Positions 26,886-36,909 of a stretch of DNA of 64,000 nucleotides are shown here, piece by piece. This DNA comes from a virus. Both the position numbers and the translations under genes were made by a program. The stretch is taken from IMG/VR virus record IMGVR_UViG_3300029319_009270, positions 26,545-90,544 of that record, one strand, 5' to 3'. Below the pieces are notes generated by a model. The model ran no database searches, was not told the origin of the DNA, and saw only the letters and a list, made by a program, of their open reading frames with translations. The number at the start of each line of letters is the position of its first letter. Position 1 is the first letter of the stretch.

Positions 26886-27779
26886 TTATTCAATATGACC
26901 TGTACCAATCACTTCCCACAGCATATGAGACTGCAAAGTACCACCAAGTTCAGGAGAAACTACTGAATTCATTCTATGCCGTATCAGATGAACAGCAGTC
27001 AAACTTCCTGGCGAAAATGATTGTAAATAGGTCGGTGGAATAAAAATTGAACCAGAATCATTCTCCAAACAAGAAACAGCCCCTAAGAATCTGCTTCCAT
27101 CAGGACTATATACAGCAACGATTACTTCAAATTGAGTATTAGCCACAACAGGACTCCATGTGAAAGTTGTTCCTGATCTATAGATTGGAGCTTCAAATGC
27201 ATAACTAGGATCAACCCACAATAACGTGTAGGGTTCAATCCAATCAAAGCCTTCAACAGTTAAGAATGCATCTTGTATTATAATATTATCAATAGCAATA
27301 GAATGTTGTGTTAACCTTTCATACTGATATTCATATAATCCTGAAACTTGCCATTCGTTTAGACCAACTGAGTAAAGTTGTATTGGTTGACCTAATCCTT
27401 TAAACGAAGGGTTTCCGTTGTAATTTGCAGGTTGTGAGCTAACAAAGGTATCGTATATATTAGTAGTACAACCATCGATATACTGTAAATGTTCAAAATA
27501 GTCACCCGATGTCGGGTAATGTAATTTCAGATATGCTTGAATGTCAAACTCGCTAGAAACTCCAACGCAAGCAGGACATGCTATCTGCTTGAAATGGTAT
27601 CGGGCAAGACCAACAACATTTGTTAAGTCTGGTGATATATCATCATTTCCATCTAATACATTGCTTGTATTACTTGTGTCTACTACTATTGATGAATTAG
27701 TATCTTTGTCATCATAAACTTTAATAATCGATATATCACCAGAACAGGCCATTAGTAAAGTTAAAATTGTTAAAAACAT
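26886..27779 (-). CDS. Putative lipoprotein
   Basis: MFLTILTLLMA-C lipobox, low-complexity D/T/S linker, CPAC motif. Confidence 0.75.
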   Translation of the reverse strand: MFLTILTLLMACSGDISIIKVYDDKDTNSSIVVDTSNTSNVLDGNDDISPDLTNVVGLARYHFKQIACPACVGVSSEFDIQAYLKLHYPTSGDYFEHLQYIDGCTTNIYDTFVSSQPANYNGNPSFKGLGQPIQLYSVGLNEWQVSGLYEYQYERLTQHSIAIDNIIIQDAFLTVEGFDWIEPYTLLWVDPSYAFEAPIYRSGTTFTWSPVVANTQFEVIVAVYSPDGSRFLGAVSCLENDSGSIFIPPTYLQSFSPGSLTAVHLIRHRMNSVVSPELGGTLQSHMLWEVIGTGHIE

Positions 27780-27803
27780 ATCATGCTATCCTTTAAGAGA
27801 ATA

Positions 27804-28004
27804 TTATGATATTTTTATTGATTGTAAAAGTAATTTCTTGTCGACCTTGATCTGCTCGTGCCCCAACCACGGTCTAGGCAATAATATCCAATAACAATCA
27901 TGAGTTTCTGCAAAACAATATATACTCGAACCACTGCTAAGATTACAAAATGGTTTAATAACCAAATGAACTCTATTTAAAATTTTATTTTCAAGTAATC
28001 CCAC
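27804..28004 (-). CDS. Hypothetical protein
   Basis: 66-aa ORF. Confidence 0.55.
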   Translation of the reverse strand: MGLLENKILNRVHLVIKPFCNLSSGSSIYCFAETHDCYWILLPRPWLGHEQIKVDKKLLLQSIKIS

Positions 28005-28022
28005 GACATAAATAAGTATATT

Positions 28023-28310
28023 CTAATTTAACTTTTTTAAATAATTAGAAAACTCTTCACGTCGTTCTCCTCGTACAAGTATTACAAAACACTTATCTTG
28101 TATGTCATCAAAGATATAACCTAAGTCTTTTAAAACTATACCTATTTGCTTTTGATTGTCGCAAGAATACATTTGACTTGGTATCCTAATAAAAGACCCT
28201 AAGTCATCAATCATGACCAAGTCTCCGACACTTATAGCTTTTGTATTATCTTTAGATTCTTGCACCACTGTCTCCTTTGAGATCCATCTTGATACTCTAT
28301 AAGATAGCAA
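28023..28310 (-). CDS. Small hypothetical protein (xGDLV/KOW-like); true start may be downstream
   Basis: ISVGDLV...IGIVL. Confidence 0.55.
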   Translation of the reverse strand: MLSYRVSRWISKETVVQESKDNTKAISVGDLVMIDDLGSFIRIPSQMYSCDNQKQIGIVLKDLGYIFDDIQDKCFVILVRGERREEFSNYLKKLN

Positions 28311-28414
28311 TAACTACCCCACGCTTTATTTGTTACTTTAATAACAATACCGTAAAGATCTTCTTTTTTATCATAAACTAACTCACCGACAGAAGGCTTC
28401 AAAATATTCTTCAT
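28232..28414 (-). CDS. Small hypothetical protein (xGELV/KOW-like)
   Basis: PSVGELV...YGIVIK. Confidence 0.6.
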   Translation of the reverse strand: MKNILKPSVGELVYDKKEDLYGIVIKVTNKAWGSYCYLIEYQDGSQRRQWCKNLKIIQKL

Positions 28415-28632
28415 GCTAATTCTAGATCCGCTTCCCAGTATTGATACTTTTCAATTTTATTTGTTTGAATATTTTTTACAACGTAACTGGCAATAAAAGT
28501 CGGTGACTTTTGGCATTTAACAATTTCAAAATGGATGTGTTCATCCAAAACGATTTTTTCCAAATAACATTTAAATTTATCTAATCTAAATATTTGATTT
28601 GATTTTACAATATCACCAACCTTATACTTCAT
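28411..28632 (-). CDS. Small hypothetical protein (YKVGDIV)
   Basis: Coupled ORF. Confidence 0.6.
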   Translation of the reverse strand: MKYKVGDIVKSNQIFRLDKFKCYLEKIVLDEHIHFEIVKCQKSPTFIASYVVKNIQTNKIEKYQYWEADLELA

Positions 28633-28635
28633 AAC

Positions 28636-28824
28636 TTACTTCCTTGATTTGTCGTTAATTTGCTTGCTAAGAATATCCTTTAAAATGCTCATTTCTTTAA
28701 TCGATATATCGATTTGTTTTCTAACAGCTGTCCCTTCTTCATAAAGGTATTTTTTGTAATTTAAATCTTTCAACATCTTATTGATCATTAAATAGATTCC
28801 AGAGTCTGTATCCCTAACAATCAT
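28636..28824 (-). CDS. Hypothetical protein
   Basis: AGGAGG RBS. Confidence 0.65.
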   Translation of the reverse strand: MIVRDTDSGIYLMINKMLKDLNYKKYLYEEGTAVRKQIDISIKEMSILKDILSKQINDKSRK

Positions 28825-28832
28825 TATACCTC

Positions 28833-29918
28833 CTAAACAAATACAGAGTTAAACTGTTGTGTGCATCTAACGAATGTAGCACATTTGCTCAACTGTTTTA
28901 AGGTGGGCGCTCCTACGTAAGTACAAGTAGATCTAACCCCACCTAAAATATCTTTGATTGTATTTTTGACTTTTCCTTTATAGGGTATTTCTACTGTCCG
29001 ACCTTCAGAAGATCGGTATTCTGCCACGCCGCCTGAATGTTTTTGCATTGCAGTATCAGAGCTCATACCGTAAAACTGTATGTAGTGTTTTTCTTCATAA
29101 ACTGGACCTAGCTTATCACCATAAATAGAAAGCTCTATCTCACCTGTTTTAAAACACTTAGTTATAATTTCACCACCCCCTTCGTCATGACCGGCCAACA
29201 TTCCGCCTAACATTACAAAGTCAGCACCGGCTGCAAATGCTTTGGCCACGTCTCCCGGGCAAGTGCATCCACCATCTGCGATGATATGACCGCCTAAACC
29301 GTGCGCTGCATCAGCACATTCAATAACAGCTGAAAGCTGTGGGTATCCAACGCCAGTTTGAATTCTTGTAGTGCATACAGAACCCGGGCCAATACCAACC
29401 TTAACAACATCTGCTCCTGCGAGAATAAGCTCTTGTGTCATGTCTGCAGTGACAACATTACCAGCAATGATGTTGCAATGAGGAAAATCACTTCTGACTA
29501 GTTTAACAAAATCAGTAAAGTGTTCTGAGTATCCATTCGCTATATCAATACAAATCCAACTTAGATTACACGTTGAAATTATTTCTTTTGCTTTCTTGTA
29601 CTCTTCTACGTTTGTGCCCACACTAATAGCAAGATGATCTGTGTCTATTTGTCCGAACTGACCATACCAGTCCTCAGGTGTATTTTGCTTTGTTATGCAG
29701 GTAAACATCTCACATAACGCTAGCTCGTGTGCTATATTAAACGTGCCTACCCCGTCCATGTTCGCAGCCATAATTGGGATCCCAGTCCAGAATTTGCCGC
29801 TGTTTCTAAACGTATACTTTCGACGCAAGTCGACTTCTTTCCTAGATCGGAGGATACTGCGTTTTGGACGAATTAGTACATCTTTATAATCTAATTTTAT
29901 TTCTTGTTCAATTCTCAC
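28833..29918 (-). CDS. guaC: GMP reductase (type 1)
   Basis: [37 protein letters not shown] catalytic Cys, ADGG, FYGMSS and YRSSEG. Confidence 0.95.
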   Translation of the reverse strand: MRIEQEIKLDYKDVLIRPKRSILRSRKEVDLRRKYTFRNSGKFWTGIPIMAANMDGVGTFNIAHELALCEMFTCITKQNTPEDWYGQFGQIDTDHLAISVGTNVEEYKKAKEIISTCNLSWICIDIANGYSEHFTDFVKLVRSDFPHCNIIAGNVVTADMTQELILAGADVVKVGIGPGSVCTTRIQTGVGYPQLSAVIECADAAHGLGGHIIADGGCTCPGDVAKAFAAGADFVMLGGMLAGHDEGGGEIITKCFKTGEIELSIYGDKLGPVYEEKHYIQFYGMSSDTAMQKHSGGVAEYRSSEGRTVEIPYKGKVKNTIKDILGGVRSTCTYVGAPTLKQLSKCATFVRCTQQFNSVFV

Positions 29919-29929
29919 AATTTTTCTCC

Positions 29930-30268
29930 TTAATTTTTTTCAACAATTGCTTTCAATGGAAAACCAGACTGTCTAGCATAATCAATGACTTGAGCAGATT
30001 TTGTATCAGCAATCTCTTTGCTGAAAGGGCCGCCTGCTATACCCTTCCCTTTTTCATGAACAGAGCTAGCTATATTCCACGCTGTATCAACATCTTTATA
30101 AAAAAAAGTAATTAACACTATAACAACAAATTGAAAATGTGTATAGTCATCATTTAACAAGACAACGTTGTATTTACTAGGTTTTACTACTTTATTCTTT
30201 TCTTTTTGTCTATCAAGTAGATCTACACCGCTATCACAATCTTTGCTTTCTTTCTTTTTTTGAGTCAT
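29930..30268 (-). CDS. clpS: ATP-dependent Clp protease adaptor ClpS
   Basis: [27 protein letters not shown] and FPL. Confidence 0.92.
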   Translation of the reverse strand: MTQKKKESKDCDSGVDLLDRQKEKNKVVKPSKYNVVLLNDDYTHFQFVVIVLITFFYKDVDTAWNIASSVHEKGKGIAGGPFSKEIADTKSAQVIDYARQSGFPLKAIVEKN

Positions 30269-30322
30269 TGTTGCCTTTTATAAAAGTATAACAAACTTCT
30301 TAAGTATTTTCAAATTATTTTT

Positions 30323-31855
30323 TTAATCTTCTGTATACAAATAACCAAAGTATAAAGCTTGTTTTAAAAGATCAAATATCCCAGGTGGTAAATGATCTAC
30401 GAAATAAAACAATGATCCTTTATACTCTCCTACAAAAGCTTTTTCTGGGCTTGGTGGTATACTGGGTGGGACAGCATCCCTTTCCAACGGATAATCGTGC
30501 TCCACAACTCCGAAGAATGGGATTAGTGTATCCTCGACTGGCGAATCTGCTTTCTCTCCGCCGTATGCGGTCATGTCAATCCAATACATAAATCTATCAA
30601 CATCGTCTAACCACGGAGCAAAATCTACTGAAACTTGCCATAAAAAGTTTTTCTCACTTTTTTCATTTTTAAAAAGTTCAGGATTTATTTTTCTGTATAT
30701 CACAGGTGCGCCGTCTAAGTATTTTTTTATTAAATTATTCTGAGATAACATAATAACTTCGCCTTGAGGACCGTAGTAAGGCTTTTCATAGCTACCTTCA
30801 TTTTCTTCTACTCTGACGTTGCTTTTTTTATTTACATCTATTACGTCTAGTGCTCTTCCTCGGTCCTTTAAGTCTTTCATTATCTTTTTAATTTGTTCTG
30901 ATCCAAAAAACTCATACCCAGGATACATGGCGGGTATCACCTTGAATTTAGTTAAATTTTTGAATAAGTGTCCTGGGCCAACCATCATAGTTCGACCTAT
31001 CATTTCTTTTTCACCGGTCAGCGTCTTTATCACTAGATCCTCTTTGCTCTCGCCTCGCATACTGGCTAAATCACCAGTGATATCTTTGTTTTCTAAATCA
31101 ACAACAGGAACATTAATGTTAATTAGGGTATTGGCAATATCACCTACTATTGTCTGAATTGAATTCCCTTCTCTGTCGGCACCAAGTTTATTGATATCTT
31201 TTAACAGCCAACTTGTATCAATAATTACTTTTTTGACTTTTGGATTGATCATGATAAACTCATTGGATGAAAGCCTGTCGGATGGCAAGCCATACGTGTC
31301 AGGGCCTAGTATCATATATTTAATGTAGTCAGCTGGATCATCGCTTATCCCGCCCTGTAACTTGCCAGGCATTTTGGTTTGAAATATTCCACCCCTCTCA
31401 GTTTCTGCGTCTCTATCAAATGCCAAAGCAACAGGTCCATCTAAGACTAAACCAATCTTTCCGATCAATGTTGATCCTTTTTGTGCTTGAAAATTCATAT
31501 AACCGACTGATGATACTGCACCAGATATTTTTAGCTGTGACTTGTTAGACCATTTCTTAAAATCATTTAATAGCGTTACGACACTGCCTTCGTAAAGATT
31601 GAACCAATGAATGATTTCAAGATTGTTTGAATTCAAAAAAGAACGATCAGCACATGTATCGAAAGCTTTATAGTACGCAGTCTGTTCTTCTTGACCTAAG
31701 TTTTGAAATTGTTTAAAGTGGCCACTGACACAATCATAAGATGGTTCAACAGTAACACTTGAGTTAGTTGAATTAACAACCTCAATATTTTCTTCATCTT
31801 GTTCTCTTAAAACATCTCTAATTATTTTTCGAACAGTCGTTTTGTTTATAAACAT
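30323..31855 (-). CDS. Hypothetical protein, N-terminal-motif family (putative virion internal protein)
   Basis: MFINKTTVRKIIRDVLREQ; ATAATTAT upstream. Confidence 0.8.
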   Translation of the reverse strand: MFINKTTVRKIIRDVLREQDEENIEVVNSTNSSVTVEPSYDCVSGHFKQFQNLGQEEQTAYYKAFDTCADRSFLNSNNLEIIHWFNLYEGSVVTLLNDFKKWSNKSQLKISGAVSSVGYMNFQAQKGSTLIGKIGLVLDGPVALAFDRDAETERGGIFQTKMPGKLQGGISDDPADYIKYMILGPDTYGLPSDRLSSNEFIMINPKVKKVIIDTSWLLKDINKLGADREGNSIQTIVGDIANTLININVPVVDLENKDITGDLASMRGESKEDLVIKTLTGEKEMIGRTMMVGPGHLFKNLTKFKVIPAMYPGYEFFGSEQIKKIMKDLKDRGRALDVIDVNKKSNVRVEENEGSYEKPYYGPQGEVIMLSQNNLIKKYLDGAPVIYRKINPELFKNEKSEKNFLWQVSVDFAPWLDDVDRFMYWIDMTAYGGEKADSPVEDTLIPFFGVVEHDYPLERDAVPPSIPPSPEKAFVGEYKGSLFYFVDHLPPGIFDLLKQALYFGYLYTED

Positions 31856-31888
31856 AATTTATTCCTCACAATAATTATGTTATGTAAA

Positions 31889-32866
31889 CTAATAATACTG
31901 TGTCAAATCTATATTTTTACCTTTTGCTTCTTCAAGATATCTTAAAGGATTGTAATTGTCTGTTTTTGTTATGCTTTCAAAAGACATTCTAATACCTGTT
32001 TGTAGATCAATCTTTGGTGACCACCCAGATACATTTCTAAACTTCCAAGATGATAGCATATGATTACCAAGGTAGTCTGTTTTAGAGTGCCATCTGATTA
32101 CATTCTCAAGGTCTAGATCAGTAACTTGTTGAATCAACTTTACAATCTCACCTGTCATCAAAGGAGTTTCAGCTGCAACATTCCAATCCTGGTACCAAAG
32201 ATTTTGATTTATTGCTGTTAAAACTGCATCGCAATAATCGTTGACATGCATGTAGTCTTTAATTTTTGAAGGATCCAGGAACATATCAATCTGTGTCTTT
32301 CCGTTAATAGCACCATAGATTGATTTTGCAATAAGAGAATTCATATCTCCAATTCCTCCATAAGCGAATAGAGGTCGAACAATCATCCATTTTTCAACTT
32401 GACTTTTAATAATGTCCTCTGCACAGAGTTTTTGACAGCCATATAAAGTGTGTGGGCCTCTATCTGATCTTTCTTCAATTTGCTTGCTTTGGTAGTTCTT
32501 TGTATCATATATCACTGTCGTACCCATGTAGCAGACAGGTATGTCTAGCTTTCTTGCAGCCCGGCAAATTGTATACGTACCTTCAACGTTGGTTAAGGTA
32601 GATTCTTTAGCATTAAGTGCTACAACGTCTGTACCGACAACTGCAGCATTATGTATTATAACATCAATTTTTTCACTTTTGAAAAAGTTTACCCAATGAT
32701 CAATTGAATTTCCATGAACACAAGGTTCTTTTTTCTCGGACCATTTTGTAAAATAATTATCATATTTTGACACGCCTTCATTGACAACTTCTATATCAAA
32801 TAACTTAGATCTGGCTATTAGATTTCGGCCGATGAAGCCTTTTTCTCCGGTGATGAATAATTTCAT
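31889..32866 (-). CDS. NAD-dependent NDP-sugar epimerase/dehydratase (extended SDR, divergent)
   Basis: ITGEKGFIG, HNAA, GTTVIY, YGCQK and KDYMHVND. Confidence 0.88.
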   Translation of the reverse strand: MKLFITGEKGFIGRNLIARSKLFDIEVVNEGVSKYDNYFTKWSEKKEPCVHGNSIDHWVNFFKSEKIDVIIHNAAVVGTDVVALNAKESTLTNVEGTYTICRAARKLDIPVCYMGTTVIYDTKNYQSKQIEERSDRGPHTLYGCQKLCAEDIIKSQVEKWMIVRPLFAYGGIGDMNSLIAKSIYGAINGKTQIDMFLDPSKIKDYMHVNDYCDAVLTAINQNLWYQDWNVAAETPLMTGEIVKLIQQVTDLDLENVIRWHSKTDYLGNHMLSSWKFRNVSGWSPKIDLQTGIRMSFESITKTDNYNPLRYLEEAKGKNIDLTQYY

Positions 32867-32886
32867 TTTTTACTCCTTTTTGATAT

Positions 32887-32915
32887 ATTATACAAAGCAT
32901 TATTGAATATTACAT
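32887..32915 (-). promoter_or_regulatory. Putative class-1 promoter ATGTAA-N17-TATAAT
   Basis: Motif and spacing. Confidence 0.65.
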
Positions 32916-33356
32916 ATGTGTATGATAACTTTTGTGACGCTCATACATAATATCAGTTTTTACATGATAGTGATCAATACCTAATGCATGCCCTGTTTCA
33001 TGAACAACAACTTCATAATCAGTCACACCTTCGTGTGAAAGCTTTATGACTGCATTATCTAAATACCGATAAGTCCAATTGAGTTCAGTGTGTCCGTAAG
33101 TACGTACTGTATCAATAGTATCATCAGCAGGTGCAAATTTAATAACATACTTTTCTGGTTTGCCATCACAATGTGTTCTTGTAGAAATTTCACCAAATTC
33201 ATGACCTCTTGATTTCCAATATTCGATAGCATCTTGAACGTACTCAATTTTAATATTAGAATTTTCACAATAAACAACATCGGGTGCTACACGCCAGGTT
33301 GCAAAGTATTCATAGTCTGCAGCAAATGTTGAAGCAATCAAAGCTAGTAGAAACAT
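32910..33356 (-). CDS. Secreted matrixin-like (M10 metzincin) metalloprotease
   Basis: Signal peptide; HETGHALGIDH zinc motif; DIMY Met-turn. Confidence 0.88.
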   Translation of the reverse strand: MFLLALIASTFAADYEYFATWRVAPDVVYCENSNIKIEYVQDAIEYWKSRGHEFGEISTRTHCDGKPEKYVIKFAPADDTIDTVRTYGHTELNWTYRYLDNAVIKLSHEGVTDYEVVVHETGHALGIDHYHVKTDIMYERHKSYHTHM

Positions 33357-33404
33357 AAAAACTCCTTTTATTTTTATTATAAAAGGAGTTTTTTAAATTT
33401 GCAC
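33357..33404 (-). promoter_or_regulatory. Promoter GTGCAA-N17-TATAAT embedded in a 14-bp inverted repeat covering the RBS
   Basis: Perfectly complementary arms at 33357-33370 and 33380-33393; -10 at 33376-33381, -35 at 33399-33404. Confidence 0.65.
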
Positions 33405-33419
33405 GTGTTTTAAATAAAT

Positions 33420-34385
33420 TTAATATCTTCCATGATATCTTCGTCGATACAAACTACCTCGACTAAGACCTTCATTAATATCTGTATCGGGTCCTACCAT
33501 ACCACTGGGTGTCTCCGGTTGTCCAGAGGGTGGTACATCTCGAGATGTAACAGACTCAGGGTTTGACTTGAATTCAATATCATCATCTTTTGTACTAGCA
33601 ACTTTTGCAGAACCTGACGCGGATGGAATCAATTTACTAGCATAAGTTATAGCTCCAGCGTCTAACAACATCTGAAGAACCCCGTCGTGAAGCATAGAAG
33701 CAGCCGTAGTTGTACCGCATTCTGAACTGAAGACGCGCAGATATCCTCTCTGTTGACTGACAAAACTACCTTCGCGCTGGGACGCTCGAACTCTTTCGCC
33801 TATCGAAACCAATGCATTTTTATCACCATCTAAAGTGGCAATTGCTGATGCTGCTAAAACCTCTTTATATTCACCTGCAGCTTCAGGATAAACATCACAA
33901 TAAAGTTCTGAATCCTCGATAAATTCTAAGATTGCATTTATTGGCGGTTCAGGTTCAGGTTCTTTAACTTGTGGTTTGAAAGTTTTTCCAACGGACTTAC
34001 TTACGGGTCCTGAAATTATTCTATAACGATCACCCACTTTTGCATAAGTGTACGGGTCTCCTCTTCCACTGATACCATAATCAGATCCCGCCTTTCCGAA
34101 TTCAGGTTTAACGCCTATCTCAGGTGCCCAATATAAATCCCAGTCTAACCAAACGAAATAATCGCCTTTTGGAACAGGGATATTCATTCTTTTAAGAATT
34201 TCAGCAGCTTCGGAAGCGGGAACTTTTACTGCTTTTGGATTGTCTGCTGCTTTCGCTTTGTCTAAGATGTCTCCTTCTCGAGGATCTAAGTTTTTACCCT
34301 TAGGATCAGCGTCAGGTATAGCATGTTCTTCTTCATTTAATAGTGATTCTATCAATAAATTCAAATTTCTTTTAGTGATTCTCAT
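33420..34385 (-). CDS. Hypothetical protein, N-terminal-motif family, with basic C-terminal tag
   Basis: MRITKRNLNLLIESLLNEE ... INEGLSRGSLYRRRYHGRY. Confidence 0.8.
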   Translation of the reverse strand: MRITKRNLNLLIESLLNEEEHAIPDADPKGKNLDPREGDILDKAKAADNPKAVKVPASEAAEILKRMNIPVPKGDYFVWLDWDLYWAPEIGVKPEFGKAGSDYGISGRGDPYTYAKVGDRYRIISGPVSKSVGKTFKPQVKEPEPEPPINAILEFIEDSELYCDVYPEAAGEYKEVLAASAIATLDGDKNALVSIGERVRASQREGSFVSQQRGYLRVFSSECGTTTAASMLHDGVLQMLLDAGAITYASKLIPSASGSAKVASTKDDDIEFKSNPESVTSRDVPPSGQPETPSGMVGPDTDINEGLSRGSLYRRRYHGRY

Positions 34386-34436
34386 ATTAGTTAAACTCCC
34401 TGATATAAATCTATGTATAAGTATTAGTTAAACAAT

Positions 34437-34469
34437 AAAAAATCCCAACAATTGTTGGGATCCTTTTTT
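34437..34469. terminator. Rho-independent terminator (bidirectional geometry)
   Basis: ATCCCAACA/TGTTGGGAT hairpin flanked by A- and T-tracts. Confidence 0.75.
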
Positions 34470-34485
34470 AATCGTGAAAAAAGAT

Positions 34486-34935
34486 TTATTCTATTTCACC
34501 TTCATATCTTAATTCAAGCAAACGTTCAGATGCAGTACAATCTTGCAAGTAAGCATCTAATTGTTCCAACGAAGTGCATACTGCAATTCCCGATGCTGCT
34601 AACATGAGATTAAATTGTGCACCGGGTGGTAAACCATCGCAAAAATAAACAATTGGCTTTTCTAAACAATTCATATAACCTGCTTCAAAAATCGACCCCA
34701 TATCTTTGTTTCTTGTATTGCATAGCATCCAGTCACATTCATGAAGATGCCTAATATTTCCTGAAAATATTTGATCTTGTATAGACTCATTAGCATCATT
34801 ATCACAAAGATTTTCATCCTTCGGTGAAAAATAAGAAATGCCGTGTTTTTCAAAAACTGATTTAATATTTTCTACTTCTTCCAACCACTCAGGTGAAAAC
34901 CACCCGCTTGCTAAATAAACTTTTCCTAAACTCAT
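34486..34935 (-). CDS. Nucleoside 2-deoxyribosyltransferase / nucleotide N-glycosidase (NDT, MilB, DNPH1 superfamily)
   Basis: VYLASGWFS, FSPKD, DMGSIFEAG (catalytic Glu) and FNLML. Confidence 0.88.
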   Translation of the reverse strand: MSLGKVYLASGWFSPEWLEEVENIKSVFEKHGISYFSPKDENLCDNDANESIQDQIFSGNIRHLHECDWMLCNTRNKDMGSIFEAGYMNCLEKPIVYFCDGLPPGAQFNLMLAASGIAVCTSLEQLDAYLQDCTASERLLELRYEGEIE

Positions 34936-35924
34936 TATTCTCTCCCCATAAATTGATTGTATTGATTTGTTAATTGATTAATCTCTTCTAATGTTTCTTC
35001 CCAAAGCTGTGTAAAAATTGTTGGTGTACCCGGGACATGATTTTTACCATTAATATCCTCACGACGAGACTGATAAATTGTATCATTGGGATGATATTCA
35101 AACTTATCGTTCTTTGGTTCTGGCCAATATAGGTTTGTACCTCGTGATGTTTCGCCACCTTTACCATCAGGTACGCGAAATGTTTTAATATAGTGCATAT
35201 CTGGTTTATTAAAATTAATACGCGCGGTTGCTTCAGGCAGAACTTTGATTACTTCTCTTGCCATGTACGCGGCAAGTAAATTATCAGCTGCCGGTTGAAT
35301 TTGCATGTCTTGACGTTGAGCGATAAAACCTAACAGATCTTTTAAGTTAAGACGCATTAGATAAAATGAAGTCATGCACTTTGGTAAAATCATTCTTGCA
35401 TCCATCATTGATACAATCTTGGAATCTGTCATGTCAGCATATAATTCCTTAGATTCGCGAACTAACTTTTTCCAGCGCCTATCAAACTCGGGTGTGTTTT
35501 GAACAGCTTCAGGAATTACTGCGGGATCATCCCTTAAGTCACGATCACCAGTACACTGTGCGGCAAAACTACCAGCACGATGTCGTATGATGTGTGTAAC
35601 CTCTTGAAATGATAAGCCACTTAACTTAAATGTAAACCCTAAACATTCCATAGGTGTTGGAAGTGCACGAAAACAAAGAACATCCTCGAGATTTGCAGAC
35701 AGTTCTTTTAAACTAGCAGTAGCTGGATTTGTCTCATCGTGATGATCAGCCCATGTTGCTTTTACATATTGCCAAGCAACATTAAGCGCTTGAGATCTAG
35801 TTGGATGATCAACTAGTTCAACTTTCAAATGTGCAAGATTGTTATAAAATGCTGTGTTGGGTTCTTGACCAAACTTAAGTTCCATTGGCAGATCAACAGG
35901 TTTCAAATCATTATTCTGTGGCAT
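34935..35924 (-). CDS. Divergent ThyX-fold (flavin-dependent thymidylate synthase-like) protein
   Basis: FTF...RHRAGSFAAQCTGDR, DARMILP and NLKDLLGFIAQR. Confidence 0.82.
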   Translation of the reverse strand: MPQNNDLKPVDLPMELKFGQEPNTAFYNNLAHLKVELVDHPTRSQALNVAWQYVKATWADHHDETNPATASLKELSANLEDVLCFRALPTPMECLGFTFKLSGLSFQEVTHIIRHRAGSFAAQCTGDRDLRDDPAVIPEAVQNTPEFDRRWKKLVRESKELYADMTDSKIVSMMDARMILPKCMTSFYLMRLNLKDLLGFIAQRQDMQIQPAADNLLAAYMAREVIKVLPEATARINFNKPDMHYIKTFRVPDGKGGETSRGTNLYWPEPKNDKFEYHPNDTIYQSRREDINGKNHVPGTPTIFTQLWEETLEEINQLTNQYNQFMGRE

Positions 35925-35956
35925 GCAAAGCCTCCTTGTTTAAAGTTTACTTATTT

Positions 35957-35985
35957 ATTATAAATAAAAATACTAATCTTTACAA
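35957..35985 (-). promoter_or_regulatory. Putative class-1 promoter TTGTAA-N17-TATAAT
   Basis: Motif and spacing upstream of the ThyX-like gene. Confidence 0.65.
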
Positions 35986-35988
35986 CTT

Positions 35989-36909
35989 TTATTTTATTAT
36001 TAACTTATTAGGATTCGTATAGACAAATGTATTATCACGACCATCAACTTCTAAATTATAATTTTTTCTAGGATAATAACAAACTATTCCGTGCTTTGCA
36101 TAATCCACAATATGTTTGGGAGCATCGTCAATTGCAGCAACTATTTTATCTTTATCATAGTACTTTGACCTAGCACACCATCGAAATTTTTCTGTGCTAA
36201 AGTCAACTGCATCAAACGGAATACTGTTATTTTTTAGCCAATAAAACGTATCATAAAAACATTTTAAATTTTCTTTAGGTCTAGCTGTCAATAGCTGGAT
36301 CCAGTAGCCTTGCTTTTTTAAATTATTTAGCATCTCAATCGATCCATCAACGACATCTAAATTCCTAAACCCACCCTTATTAACAAATTCGTAAAATACA
36401 GCTTCAGGATTTAAATCTAATTTATTCAATGCAGTTATAAAATAGTATTCTTTACTATAGACATCAATTTCTAAATTGTAATTTACACCTAGCCAATCTG
36501 CAAAACCTTGTCTAAATTCAGTCAAAACATCATCCATATCAACAATAACGACAGGTTGAGACCCATCCCAACTATCTTGTGTCTTGTGAAGAAAATTTAA
36601 ATATGAATCTTTATCATAAAAAGCTTCAATAAAATTTTCACTAGATATTTGATTAATATTAAGGATAGCTAAGATATATCGAAATATATCCACAGATTCA
36701 TAGAGCATTTTTGTTTTGTCTACAGAATCTGTTTGTGCATGATGATCTTTAAAATCAACAGATTGCATTAGCTCACTAACTTCTGAATGTAAGCAAAGTG
36801 ATAAAGTTTTTGTAATATCTACAATTTCTCTATCACTTAAGTTTTTTTCGCTTAGATTATATAAGCTAGAATTGAATTTTGCTTGTAAATTGAACAGGTT
36901 TTTCAGCAT
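35989..36909 (-). CDS. All-alpha NTP pyrophosphatase (MazG/dCTPase-dUTPase-like) fused to a HAD 5'(3')-deoxyribonucleotidase
   Basis: N-term EVSELM...F.DH...ESVDIFRY; C-term VDMDDVL, LTAR, T..WL and IDDAP; start at 36909 after GAGG. Confidence 0.82.
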   Translation of the reverse strand: MLKNLFNLQAKFNSSLYNLSEKNLSDREIVDITKTLSLCLHSEVSELMQSVDFKDHHAQTDSVDKTKMLYESVDIFRYILAILNINQISSENFIEAFYDKDSYLNFLHKTQDSWDGSQPVVIVDMDDVLTEFRQGFADWLGVNYNLEIDVYSKEYYFITALNKLDLNPEAVFYEFVNKGGFRNLDVVDGSIEMLNNLKKQGYWIQLLTARPKENLKCFYDTFYWLKNNSIPFDAVDFSTEKFRWCARSKYYDKDKIVAAIDDAPKHIVDYAKHGIVCYYPRKNYNLEVDGRDNTFVYTNPNKLIIK

